Below, piece after piece: positions 17,277 through 34,952 of a DNA stretch of 64,000 bases (its first letter is position 1; every line of letters begins with the position of its first letter). The stretch lies in NCBI RefSeq assembly GCF_009914755.1, contig NC_060942.1. One strand, given 5' to 3'. Source of the DNA: the human T2T-CHM13v2.0 reference genome, Homo sapiens. The notes below the pieces were generated by a model. The model had not been told where the DNA came from and searched no databases. It saw only the letters and a program-made list of their open reading frames with translations. Both the position numbers and the translations under genes were made by a program.

Positions 17277-18141
17277 TGAAGCAGGATATTTCCCTGACCC
17301 CTTCGTGGGCGGGAACTGGAATGCATGGGTGCTAGAACTAGCTGGTCACTTTGGTGCCGGCAAGGGTGGACTCCACTCACTGGGTCCCGCTGTGTTCCAC
17401 TGCTCACTGGAGGGGGAGTGCAGGTGAGTGGCTGCAGGAGCCGGGGTGAGTACTTTGGGTGCCAGCAGGAGCAGAGCAGCACTCCTTGTGGGCCCTGTGG
17501 GAGCATCTACCCCGCGACCCCTGAAGCCCCAGAAGGAGTACTACGGTGCCCTTTCAGTTTTGCCATGTGAGGACAGCTTAACTGTTTACAGCTCAGTGGA
17601 GGGTCAATGTGACAACCTTTTGTACCCGAGTTCTTGTCTGGCATCAAGGAGGAAGAGGTCGTGTGAACGAATTGGAGATAGTAAATGTGGGGGATTTTAT
17701 TGCCCATGAAAGTGACTCTCAGTGGGAAGGGGAGCTGAAAAGGGGACAAAACTGGAAGGCGGATTTCCCCTGGAGTCCAGCCATCCCTGGCCAGACTCCT
17801 CTCTGAAGCTACGCTGTCAAACTGTCCCTCTGAAGTCAAGACACTTCTCTCTGATGTCCAACTGTAGTCTCTGACGTCCAGCTGCTTCTCCTCTCTGCTG
17901 GCTGAGTTCTCAGGTTTTTATGGGCACAGGATAGGGGATGGGGTGACCCAAGGGTGGTTTTGGAAAAGGCAACATTAGAGCGGGAAAACAGGGATGAAAG
18001 TCCTCGTTTTGGGCCACAGTTTTAGGCTCTTCGCCTTGAGGGTGGGGCCCTAGCAAGGGCCCAGAATTTCCCTGCCTCCTGTTGCTATCATTATTCTGCC
18101 CAGAATTCTGCCCAGAATTTCCCTGCCTCCTGTCCCTATCA
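17277..18141 (-). mobile_element. ERV1 solo LTR of the MER52/LTR27/LTR28 group
   Basis: Ends tgaagcaggatatttccctgacccc and cccagaatttccctgcctcctgtccctatca; 4-bp TSD ttat. Confidence 0.8.
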
Positions 18142-18180
18142 TTATTATATACTGAATGGATTTAGAAATTACTTTTTGTT

Positions 18181-18510
18181 GGCCAGGTGCAGTGGCTCAT
18201 GCCTGTAATCCCAGCACTTTGGGAGGCTGACGCAGGTGGATTGCTTGAGCTCAGGAGTTAGAGAGACCAGCCTGGGCAACATGGCAAAACCCTGTCTCTA
18301 CAAAAAATATATATAGATAGATATAGATATAGATACATAAAAATTAGCCAGGCATGGTTGCATGGTGGCATTTGCCTGTATTCCCAGCTATTTGTGGGGC
18401 TGAGGCAGGAGGATCACTTGAGCGAGGGAGATCAAGGCTGCAGTGAACCAGGTTTGTGCAACTGCACCCCAGCCAGGGTGACAGAGTGAGACTCTGTCTC
18501 AAAACAAGAA
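18181..18510 (+). mobile_element. Alu (AluJ) with (atatag)n in the linker
   Basis: Dimeric Alu. Confidence 0.9.
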
Positions 18511-18615
18511 AATTAGTTTTTGCTGCAGATTTGACGATGTGTCTTCATTAAGTTAAGCTAAAATTACAAGGCAAAACAGCACTTCAATGCAAATGTTACA
18601 CTATGGTAAAGTCAT

Positions 18616-18854
18616 TTTAATGGTTAATTTTAGTTGTCAACCTTTTAAGTGGGTTAAGGAATACCCAGATAGCTTATAAAGCATTTTTTCTGGGTATGTC
18701 TGTGAAGGTGTTTCCAGAAGAGGTTGGCATTTGAATCAGTGGACTGAATAAGGAAGATCTGCTCTCATCCAATATGACCAGGCAACATCCAATCGGCTGA
18801 GGGCCTAGATAGAACAAAAAGGCAGAGGAAAAGGAAATTTGTGCACTCTCTTGT

Positions 18855-18903
<49 letters not shown>

Positions 18904-19246
18904 CTCTCTATTCTGGAGCTAGGACACACTTCTGCCCTTGGACATCAGAACTCCAGGTTCTCCAGCCTTTGGATTCCAGGACTTGCATCAGCAGCGCCCC
19001 TGCTTCTCAGGCCTTTGGATTTGGACTGAGAATTACACATCAGCTTCCTTAGTCCTGAGGCCTTCTGACCTGGATTGGGCCATTCTACCAGCTTCCTTGG
19101 TTCTCCAGGTTGCATGTTGCCTATCGTGCGACTTCTCAGCCTCCATAATCTCATAAGCCAATTCCCCCAATAAATCTCCTTTTATATATTTGTATCTACA
19201 TCTATATCCTATTGGTTCTGGTCTCTGGAGAACCCTAACGAATGCA
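18616..19246 (+). mobile_element. ERVL LTR (MLT2 family) with internal (CT)n
   Basis: atggttaattttagttgtcaac...ggtatgtctgtgaaggtgtttccaga...cctattggttctggtctctggagaaccctaa. Confidence 0.85.
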
Positions 19247-21367
19247 GATTTTAGTGCTGAAAATGAGGTGGTGCTATAACAAACACCTAAAAATGTGGAA
19301 GCAGTTTTGGATCTGGGTAATGGGTAGAGGCTGGATCAGTTTTGAGCTGCATGCTAGAAACACCCTAGATGGCCATGAATGGAGGATTAAAGGCAGTTCT
19401 GGCGAGGGCTCAGAAGAAGAGGAACGCTGTAGAGAGCCTCGGTCTTCTTAGAGATTATCTAAGTGGTTGCAATCAGAATGCTGGTAGAGATGTGAACAGT
19501 AAAGTCCGTTCTAATGAGAACTTAAATGAAAATAAGGAAGATCTTTTTGGAAGCTGGAGGAAAGGCCATCTTTGCTACAAACTAGCAAAGGAACTTGGCG
19601 GAAATCCTTTGCTAGTTTGTAGCAAAGATGGCCTTTCCTCCAGCTTCCAATAAGATCTTGTGTCCGTGTTGTGAATTGTGTCCGTGTTAGTACTTTGTGG
19701 AAATCAGAACTTAGGAGTGATGAACTAGGATATTCGATAGAAAAAATCTCTAAGCAAAGTGTTTCAGGGTGCTGCATGGCTTCTCTTGACTGTTTATAAT
19801 GAAATTCAGAAAGAGAAAAATGAATTAAAGATGGAATTTATATCAAAAGGGGAGCAAAGGGCTGGGTGCAGTGGCTCATGTCTATAATCCCAGCACTTTG
19901 GGAGGCCAAGGCAGAAGGATCACTCAAGCCCAGGAGTTTGAGACCGGCTTAGGCAACATAATGAGACCTCATCTCTACAAAAAATAGACAAAAATTAGCT
20001 GGGCATGGTGGTGCATACATGTAGTCCCAGCTACTTGGGAGACTGAGGTGGGAGGATCACTCAAGACTGGGAGATCAAGGCTGCAGTTGAACCGAGATTG
20101 TGCCACTGCACTCAAGCCTGGTTGAAGATAAGGAAAATTCTCAGCCTAGCCGTGTTGTTAAAAATGAAAAAGTGTGTTTGAGCAAGAACGTCAAGGGTGT
20201 GACCGAACACCCTTGCTAAGGAGATTAGTATGGACAGAAGGAAGCCAGATGCTACTCATCAAGACAATGGGAGAATGACTCCAAAGGCACTTCAGAGATC
20301 TTTGAGGCTGCCACTCTCGTCACAGGCCCGGAGTGCTAGGGCCTTGAGGGAAGAACGTTTCAAAGGAGATCCCAGGGCACCCATGGGACTTTGGGGCTCA
20401 CTGCCCAGGGGCACCCCAAGCTTCGGTTCCCTGAATTCTGGTGCAGTACTCCTTGACCACCCCAGCTGTGGCTCAGGGGGCCAAGATGCAACTTGGGTCA
20501 ACAATCCGGAAGGCACAGTATGTAAACCTTGGTGGCATACATGTGGTGCTAACTCTCCAGGCATGCAGAATGCAAGAACAGTGGAAGCATGGCTACCTCC
20601 ACCTAGATTTCAAAGGGTGCCTCACAACCTCAGTCTCAAAGCTCTGAACTGCCACAAGGCAGGGTGTGGCAGAGAGTCCCCACTACGGCCATGCCCAGCA
20701 GAGCTGCAGGGTCAAGACCACTGCAGGGAGCCCCCAATAGGGCAATGCTTAGTGAGGCCATGCAAGACAGCCACCCCTAAAAGCCCCAAACCTGTAGAGC
20801 CTGCAGTGCCAGCCAGCGGGCAGTGCCAGCCAGGAAGAGCCATAAGTATCCAACTCCAATTCCTGAGAGCTGCAGTGTGGGCTTCATCCAGCAAAGCCAT
20901 GGTAGTGGGGTCTCCTGGGGGAATGGGGACCCAATCCCCACTCCAGTGCGTCTGGAAGCTAAGATGTGGAGTCAGAGATTATTCTCGAGCCTCAAGATAT
21001 AATGTTGTTTGCCTCACTGGGTTCCGGACTAACTTGGGATTTATTACCCCTTGTTTCTTGCCTTTTTCTCCCCTTTAAGAATGGGAATGTCTACGCCATG
21101 CCTGTCCCATTATTCTATTTTGGAAGTATATAACTTGTTTGATTTCACAAGCTCACAGTTAGAGATAAATTTTTCTCAAAATGAGTCATATTTTGAGTTT
21201 CACCCTGAGTCTTATCCATATCTGATTTAGATGATATTTAGATGAGACGTTTGACTTAGATTTTAAAGTAGATACTAGAATGATTAAGACTTTTGGGGGC
21301 TATTGGGGTGGAATGAATATATTTTGAATATGAGAAAAACACGAATTTAAAGGGCCCGGGGTGGACT
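19247..21367 (+). mobile_element. MaLR internal sequence (MST/MLT1-int), with a tailless Alu at about 19859-20123
   Basis: aaacacctaaaaatgtggaagcag...tgggtagaggctgg; 3' part gatgagacgtttgactt...ttaagacttttggggg; homologous to the THE1-int at 37344-39230. Confidence 0.85.
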
Positions 21368-22048
<681 letters not shown>

Positions 22049-23278
22049 GTCATTTTGACCACAACTAATGTTTGAATCATAAGTAATGTCAGTCTGCTTT
22101 ATCTACTTCTAGTGCTAACAAAAGCTAAAATAAGAAGTGAGATCTTCATCCTGACACAATTTTGTACTGGATATATTATTCAAGTTCAAACTACAGTCCC
22201 AGCAGTATGTGGTAGACCTCAATGCAAGTATAAAGGAAATTTACATCTTTCAAAAACCTTTTAACTGTGCAACTGAGCTTCCACGTAAGACATTTGAAGG
22301 GACTGTCTACAATGTAATGACTTGCTAAAAAGCAAATATCAAGAGGAGAATCTCATAGAATTTGTAATGCCTTCCAAGTGATTAATATGCTCAATCACAT
22401 GCTCATCTAAGACCAGGAATAAGGCAAAGATGCCCACTATCATCGCTACTATTCAAGATAGTACTGGAAGTTCTAGCCAGAGAAATTAGACAAGAAAAAG
22501 AAATAGAGCAGTAGAGGTTTGAGATGTTGGCCAGTTACATATGAGGAATAAGTTCAAGAGCTCTATTGTACAACATGGTGACTCTAACTAATAACAGTGT
22601 ATTTTATTCTTGAAAAGTGCTAAAAGAGTAGATTTCAAGTTTTCTCACCACAAAAAGGATAAGTAGGTGAGGTAATACATGTTAATTAGCTTGATTTACC
22701 TATTCTGCAATATATACATAATTCAAAAATCATGTTGCACATGATAAATATGTACAATTTTAATTTGTCAATTAAAATAAGTTTAATTTAAAAAATAAAA
22801 GGCATAGAAACTGGAAAATGATAAAATTATCCCTGTCTGCTGATGACATATGTAGAAAACCCTAAAATGTCTAAAAAGTCCAGGTGCAGTGGCTTACACC
22901 TATAATCTCAGCACTTTAGGAGGCCAAGGTGGGAAGATCACTTGAGCCCAGGAGTTTGAGACCAGCCTGGGAAATATAGAAAGACCTCATTTCTATATAT
23001 TTTTTTAAAAATTAGCTGGCCATGGTGGCATGTGCCTACAGTCTCAACTACTTGGGAGGCTGAGGTGGGAGGATCACTTGAGCCTGGGAGCTCAAGGCTG
23101 CAGTGAGCTATGATCTTGCCATTATACTCCAGCCTGGGCAACAGAGTGAGACCCTGTTCAAAAAAAAAAAATCTAAAAAAAACTCTGTTAGAACTAATAA
23201 ACAAATTTACTGAAGCTGCAGAATACAAAATCAACACTCAAAAATCAGTTGCATTTTAATACACTAAAAGTAGATGCA

Positions 23279-23284
23279 CATATA

Positions 23285-23338
<54 letters not shown>
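23279..23338. repeat. (TA)n/(TG)n microsatellite
   Basis: Direct reading. Confidence 0.95.
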
Positions 23339-23581
23339 ATTAATTGAACTTTTTTAAAGGTGCCAAGGTAATTTAACGGGGAAAGAATAGACTTTTAAAC
23401 AAATGTTCTTTAAACAACTGGGAATATATTAGGATAAAAATGAACCTTGATTTTTACCTCATACCATACAGTCTAATGAACCTGACATGAATGAAACTTC
23501 TAGGAAAAAAAGATGAGAAAATCTTTGCAATCTTGGGGTAGGGAAAGATTTTTTAAGATACCGGCCAGGAGCAGTGGCTCA

Positions 23582-23917
<336 letters not shown>

Positions 23918-24202
23918 TTAAGAAACACAAATAAGAAAATGCAAAAGCCAGCCATAGACTGAGAGGAAATATTTGCAGTATCTGACAGACTAATATTGAA
24001 AATATATGAATAATTCTTACAACTTAATAATAAAATAATAAATAACCCAATTTAAAATGGGTAAAAAAAAACATTTCAACAAAGAAGCTATACAAATATC
24101 AAATAAGCACAGGCAGTGGTGCACAAAGTCATTAATCCTTAGGGAAAGCAAATTGAAACCACAGGAGATACCTCTATACACCCACTGGAATGTCTAAAAT
24201 TA

Positions 24203-24898
<696 letters not shown>

Positions 24899-25373
24899 TG
24901 AACTCCTGACCTCAGGTGATCACCCGCCTCAGCCTCCTAAAGTGCTGAGATTACAGGCGTGAGCCACCACGCCCAGCCCTATTGCAGTTTTAAGTATTTT
25001 CTTTAAGAGAAATAAAAATTGATGTCCAAGAATCTGTATACTAATGATCATAGCGTTAGCCATAATAGTCCCAAACAGAAAACAACTCAAATGTTTATCA
25101 GTAGATGAATAGATAAACAAGTTGTATATATCCCTGCAATAAACACATCAGCAATGAAAAGGACCAAATTACTGATACACAGATGAATCTCAAAAATATT
25201 ACAATGAGCAAAAGAAGCCACAAAATAGTACATACTGTGTGATTCTATTAATATGAAATGAGAAAAGACAAATCTAACCTTTAGTGACAGAAAGAAGACT
25301 GGGCAGAAGGGAACTTTTGTGGAGTGACAGAAATGCTCATCTTAGTCACAGTAGTAATTACATAGCTGTATAC

Positions 25374-25796
25374 TGTCAACAGACAAAATTATAACAAATT
25401 TGGTTATAAAGCTGTTTAGCTTTGTTCAAAACTTGTGAATTGGGACAGCCTCCGTTCTACAAAATAGGATGAGAGCTCCCACCGAGCTAAGGAAGAACAC
25501 TGGGGTTTGTAAGATGAAAACAAGGAAACAGAACAATAGCACTGATTAATATCACATTACTTTTTTTCTAAAGGTTAAAGCAGAGAGACTGCCTTATTAT
25601 GCTGACTCAGGTAGACTGGAATCTCCTGTTCTCAGGAAAAACTGGTCTGTTTGGGGATCTATCTGCTTGCTTCCTTGAAGTTTCAGTTTGATTATGTGGC
25701 ATTTAGCATAAGTGACTCTATTTTGGTTTGGTCTGGTCTGTTGGGGCCTAGCACAGGAGTTCAGACTAAAATAGTGGCCTCCCATGATTTTAACAG
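25374..25796 (-). mobile_element. ERV1-type LTR fragment (MER34/MER4 group, unresolved)
   Basis: tgtcaac ... tttaaca termini inside L1 sequence. Confidence 0.4.
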
Positions 25797-25872
25797 TACG
25801 ATTGTCAAAACTCATCAGATAGTACATTTATAATGGGTGCATTCCAGTGTATGTAAACTTAAAGAAATTCTC

Positions 25873-26195
25873 CACCAGGAGCAGTGGCTCATGCCTGTAA
25901 TCCCAGCACTTTCAGAGGCCAAGGCGGGTGAATGTTTGAGCCCAGGAGTTTGAGACCAGCCTGGGCAACATGACGAAACCCTGTCCTATAAAAATGCAAA
26001 AATTAGCCGGGCCTAGTGGCCTGCGCCTGTAATCCCAGGTACTCAGGAGGCTGAGGTGGAAGGATCACTTGAGCCCAGAAGGCGGAGGTTGCAATGAGCC
26101 AAGATCATGCCACTGCACTCCAGCTTGGGCAACAGAGCAAGCCCCTGTCTTAAAAAAAAAAAAAGAAAAGGAAAGAAAAGAAAAAGAAAAAAAAG
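25873..26195 (+). mobile_element. Alu (AluJ/S)
   Basis: Dimeric Alu with (aaaag)n tail. Confidence 0.9.
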
Positions 26196-26467
26196 TCCTT
26201 TCTTCCCTATACTTTTCCATCTCTCCAAATCAGCTTCATTTGGTTTGGTTTCTTTTTTTATTCCTCCTTTCATCTGTTCAGAACCGGTCCTCTCTGAGGA
26301 ATATTGTATTTGTTTCTTTCAAATGTAAATTGTTTTGGCATTTTCAGCTCCATCCAACTCTCTCAACTTCATCCTTTCAGGGATATGCATAATACAACTC
26401 CAGTCTGTACAAAGCACCCTTCCTCCTTGGAAGGTGGAGGCTGAGAACTGCAGATACTTATAAATTG

Positions 26468-26506
26468 CCCCCCCCCCCGCCACACACACACACACACACA
26501 CACACA
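26468..26506. repeat. Poly-C plus (CA)n microsatellite
   Basis: Direct reading. Confidence 0.9.
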
Positions 26507-27246
26507 AATACATTGCTATGCCAATGGCAGTGCCAAAGCCAGGACTATAATCCAGATTACCCAATTTTCTGATAGAATGAATGTGTTTCTTATGCCAGCT
26601 GCAGCTTAACATGCAAAATTCCTTTTTTGTCTTCCAGTTCAATATACACTATTTGAAGAGATGTTAGGTAAATCCCGTATTTTCTTCAGAGACAGAAGCT
26701 GAGGAGGCTGGGTTGGGAGTGAGGGTTTAATTTGCAACCACGTTAGATGTCATGGCCCCCAGGCTCACTGCTTTGCAGAAGAACTTAGGTAATTATCATA
26801 AGGAACAAGTGCACACAAATCAAAGGTCAACTGAGCTGAAGTTATTTGATTTAGGATTTTGGTGATGTTCTTTGTCCTTGTTAATGCTGCTGCCACTTTT
26901 TGTTTGTTTTTGTTAAAAAATAGCAACCAAGTGCCCACATTTAAGGTATTTTCATCACAAGTTTACTGAAGAGCAACTCAATATTGTCTTTCTAAGAATT
27001 CAAGCTACATTCATTCCTCTCCTAGCCTGTCCCCATGGCAACAGTACCCAGGTGCCATTTTAGCAGGTTTTACTTAGTAACTTTCAGCATCAGTACGATT
27101 TTTTGCATTGTTCTTCTTGTATATACTAAATTAGAAAGGTTAACAACAAAATGATGGACAATAGAAAACACTTCCAAACTCATTTTATGAAGCCAGCATT
27201 ATCTTGATGCCAAAATGAGACAGACACCACAGTAAAAGAAAAAACT

Positions 27247-27699
<453 letters not shown>

Positions 27700-27966
27700 T
27701 CAATAGGAAAAGTCTCAATAGTGAATGCTGAGTAGTGAAACACTCAGAAAAAAATATATAACTTATTCTATGTAGGAGCTAAATCAGATAGGACAGCTAT
27801 TAATTGTATTAATAAAATCGAATAATGCATGTTCCTAAATTTTTTTTAATGGTTATTTTTTTCTCTTAATCAAGTAGAATTGTAGACTCCTCAAGTTTGT
27901 ATATTTAAAAGCTTTTTCACTATCTGGGGGTTTTGTTTTCAGATATTCTGTTTAAGAATTATTCTT

Positions 27967-28272
<306 letters not shown>

Positions 28273-28621
28273 CTAAATATTGAGACTAATTAACAGGTAC
28301 TAACAATCTCCCCCTCAGTGCTTCTCTCAGGTATGACGTGAAAGAAGAAAACAACTTAGGCCTAATTGTCTCTTAAAGTAGGGCTGGAGAACTTTTTTTA
28401 AAATCAACAATTATTAATCCACAGGAAGAGAAAGAGAAAAAGTTACAAGCCACCTGGTTTTGTTTTTCTGCTTCTTTTTAAAAAGAAATTTTATTTTTAA
28501 AAGAAAAAGTTTAAAATCTTCTACTTGCCTGCCTTTTATATTAATAGCAAGAAATATACATAGTAAATGATTATATAAATTAAAATATGTTTTGTTTTTA
28601 TATTAAGACCAGTTATAGAGG

Positions 28622-28935
28622 GGCTGGGTGCGGTGGCTCACGTCTGTAATCCCAGCACTTTGGGAGGCCAAGGTGGGTGGATCACCCGAGGTCAGGTGTT
28701 CGAGACCAACCTGGCCAACATGGTGAAACGCTGTCTCTGGTAAAAATACAGAAATTAGCCAGGCGTGGTGGCACACGCCTGTAATCCCAGCTACTTGGGA
28801 GGCTGAGGCAGAAGAATCACTTGAACCCGGGAGGCAGAGGTTGGCAGTGAGCCGAGATTGCGCCACTGCACTCCAGCCTGGGCGACAGAGCAAGACTCCG
28901 TCTCAAAAACAAAAAAACAAACAAACAAACAACAA
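28622..28935 (+). mobile_element. Alu (AluS)
   Basis: TSD aagaccagttatagag. Confidence 0.95.
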
Positions 28936-29127
28936 AGACCAGTTATAGAGAAACATCACAGGGAAGAAAAGTAACACAAACAGAGAAAGGGGCAAGGATT
29001 CAAATACATCTATCGGGAAAGGGCAGACAACACGCATACAGAAAATCATGCCTGGCAAATAGCACAGCTTAGACTGTCTTGGAACAACAGCTGTTTTTAC
29101 CTCCCTATCCGGATATTTCACCTGAGA

Positions 29128-29424
29128 CTTTTTTTTTTTTTTTGAGACAAGATCTCACTGTCACCCAGGCTGGAGTGCAGTAGTATGATTATGGCCCACT
29201 GCCACTTCAACCTCCCAGGTGCAAGCAATCCTCCCACCTCAGCCTTCTGAGTAGCTGGGACCACAGGCAATGCACCACCTTGCCCAGCAAATTTTTGTAT
29301 GTTTCATAGACACGGGGTTTTGTCCCCTTGCCCAGGCTGGTCTCAAACTCCGGGACTCAAGTGATCCACCTGCCTCGGACTCCCAAAGTGCTTGAATTAC
29401 AGGTGTGAGCCACTGTGCTCAACC
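29128..29424 (-). mobile_element. Alu (AluJ)
   Basis: TSD tcacctgagacttt. Confidence 0.95.
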
Positions 29425-30308
29425 TCACCTGAGACTTTAAAAATCTTTGTTGCATTGGTGCAGACCTCAGCACAAATATCAATATCACCAGGACCAAAAG
29501 GAACTTCAGCATGAAGATGGTTCTACTCACTAGAGCTCTGAAATTTCAAGTCTATGAAGCTACTCACTCCATTCACCTGGGGATTTAATTTATCTTTAAT
29601 CCTCACCTTTTGATATTTGGTAAATCAGGAAATCCAAAGGCTGCCACAACCTCAGATCAAGTCCCAGGCAAAACTGGGAGAGGAAGCAAAAAAGTTTCAG
29701 GTCCTTTCCTCCTCCTTTTGGACACCTATCCCAGGAGCAATATGAGCGTCCCAGTGTCCTAAGGGACAGCATCCCTTGGGGTAAGAGCAGGAACTCTAGC
29801 CACCATCACAGAGACTTCATGGAGGTGAAGACAAGTGCCACAACTTATTAGTGACTTTTGGAAACAGCTTCTGCTGTAAAATCCAGACAATAATCGTAGT
29901 ACTGGACTTACTGGTAAGATTTTGTTGCATTAGAAGAAAAAACTATTTAAAATGCATAGCACGGTGCTTAGCATTAATAAGCACTCATTAGGTACTAGCT
30001 GTTGTCCTCACTAAGCCTACCTTCCCTTGCCCTGGTCTGTGTTGTCTAGACAATCGAACATGGCTTATAGGGAGACACAGTTTCAGCTCCACAAAAAGTC
30101 CCCAGCCTCTCAAAAGGAAGCACATGTTTGTGAAAAGTGTCACATGGAAAGAATATGGATGAGGTGATTCCTAAGGTTGCCTGCCACTAAACACCCCCAA
30201 GATTCTGTGAAATCTGAGATCCTTAGTAAGAGACCTGGGGAGGCGGCCATTCTGCCCCCTCATGGAATCACAACTGCCTCCCACCCTCTCTTCTTCCTTC
30301 CTCTAGCA

Positions 30309-30843
30309 CAGGGGTCCCTAACCCCAGGCCACGAACTAGTAGTGGTCCGTGGCCTGTTAGGAACTGGGCTGCACAGCAGGAGATGAGCAGAGGGCAAAAC
30401 GAGTGAGTGAGGCTTCATCTGTATTTCCAGCCACTCCCCATTGCTTGCATTACCACCTGAGCCCAGCCTCCAGTCATAAGATCAGTGGCAGCATTAGATT
30501 CTCATAGAAGCACAAACCCTATTGTGAACTGTGCATTTGAGGGATCTAGGTTGCATGCTCCTTATGAGAATCTAATGCTTGATGATCTGTCACTGCCTCC
30601 CATCACCCCCAGATGGGACTGCCTAATTGCAGGAAAACAAGCTCAGGACTCCCACTGATTCTACATTATGGTGAGTTGTATAATTATTTCATTATGTACT
30701 ACAATGTAATAATAATACAAATAAAATGCACAATAAATGTAATGCACTTGAATCATTCTGAAACCATCCCCCAACCCCCATCCATGGAAAAAATTGTCTT
30801 CCATAAAACCAGTCCCTGGTGCCAAAAAGGTTGGGGACCACTG
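30309..30843 (+). mobile_element. MER1A (hAT-Charlie non-autonomous DNA transposon), full length
   Basis: TIRs caggggtccctaacc / ggttggggaccactg; perfect 8-bp TSD ctctagca (30301-30308 and 30844-30851). Confidence 0.92.
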
Positions 30844-30948
30844 CTCTAGCACACAGCTGGAGGAATCCTATTAAAGTTCCTCTTTAATGAAGGACTTAAA
30901 ACAAAAGTTATGCTTTGCTCTGGAATGGGAAGACTCACTCCTGTGTAG

Positions 30949-31320
<372 letters not shown>

Positions 31321-31774
31321 TGTATCTCCTCTTAGAGGTGAAGGCTGTAAGTCACTCTAGAGAAAATGTTTACTATTATAGACAAAATCACTTTGGTGAC
31401 TTCTATACCTTTTCATTAGACCAACTTATCTAACAAGTTGGACACTGGGGTGGCAGTGGATACATTTGCATAGAGACTATGGAGTCTCCTGGGAGGAAAG
31501 GTTCTGGGCCTTTCTCTTTTGAGTTCAATGTTAGAACAGCTCTAATAGGTTGAAGGCATTCCAAATGATGAATGTCAGCAAGAAAGAACATAAAGGACTC
31601 TTTCTTGAAGGTCCTGAGGGAGGTGACTTAGGCTTGGGTGCTGTATTTGCAGAATGACCGTAGCACATGAGTGTGAATTAAAAGAACAGTATCCTTGTGG
31701 CTCTGGCAAAGAGCTCTCTTAATCAAATTGGACCAGTAGAAATGTCACTGCAGGGGAAAATAAGAATACATCAA

Positions 31775-33715
<1,941 letters not shown>

Positions 33716-34656
33716 AAGCACCATCCTGAGATTGTATGCCCCATGCCTGGAACTCTGGGTGCTAAATAAATGTCTGCTGACTTGTATTCACTTTAAATTC
33801 TAGTTCAAAGAAATGAGCATCTCACATACCTATAGTTAGAGAGAAACATCAATCTGAACCCTAAATACATCCACCCTCTTCAAAGATCTGTTGCTTAAAA
33901 TGTCAAACCTCTGTAGGTTGCTTCCTCACCAGAGAAAATGAAAACAAATGCAGCTCTGATCATAAACTAGGTAGATATTGTGTTACATAAACGTTTTCAC
34001 ATCACCCTAGCGAAGATGCTGTATCTGCTATATTTGCATGTGTAAAATGGAAATTTAACACCAACCTAATAAAGTTAAATTGAGGATTAAACTAAATTTT
34101 TATATAAAAGTACTTAGCAAAGTACCTGAAACAGAGTAAGTCCTCAGTGAATGGTAATTACTGCATTACTACTATTGTCCGCTACTAGAAAAGTTAAAGG
34201 CACCTTCACTATGGATCTGCCTATCCAAACAAGACCCAGATAGCAAATTGCATTGATGTAGCATCATTTCAATTTCTCCCACTTTCTGACTTGAGATAAT
34301 TTATTCAAGCAAAATAGTTAGCTAAAAAAATTTATTGAAAAAGTATTAATAATGAGGGGAGAAATAAGATATGTAACACTGTAATAAACAAATTGATGTC
34401 TTTTCATTGAAGTCCCAATAGAAATCCAATTTCACAATTGTGCCAGCAGTTAAGCAGCTTTTCAATATTTGTGACAAAGTAATGTTCACCTAATTATTTG
34501 GCCACAGCTACATAAAGCCCTCTTTTAAAAATTCTATGCAAATTGCAAGTATTGAAGTATTGGTTTTACATATGTAGAAAGGATACAAGAAAGGGCTTTA
34601 AGGCTACCAGCCCTGAATATTTTACTTCAAAAGCTTATTTCAAAACACTATGTTAA

Positions 34657-34952
34657 GGCCGGGCATAGTGGCTCACACCTGTAATCCTAGCACTGTGGGA
34701 GACCGAGGCAGGCAGATCACTTGAAGTCAGGAGTTCGAGACCAGCCTGGCCAACATGGTTGGCCATCTCTACTAAAAATACAAAAAAAGGTAGCCAGACT
34801 CGGTGGCACGTGCCTGTAATCCCAGCTACTCAGGAGGCCAAGGCAGGATAATCACTTGAATCTGAGAGGCGGAGGTTTCAGTGAGCCGAGATTGCGCCAC
34901 TGCATTCCAGCCTGGGCAACAAAGCGAGATTCTGTCTCAAAAAACAAAACAA
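34657..34952 (+). mobile_element. Alu (AluS)
   Basis: TSD aaaacactatgttaa. Confidence 0.95.

Noticed and set aside
20230-21078. 282-aa ORF, the longest in the window
   Set aside because: Lies wholly within MaLR internal sequence, has no recognisable domain, and GC-rich MaLR-int often leaves open frames.
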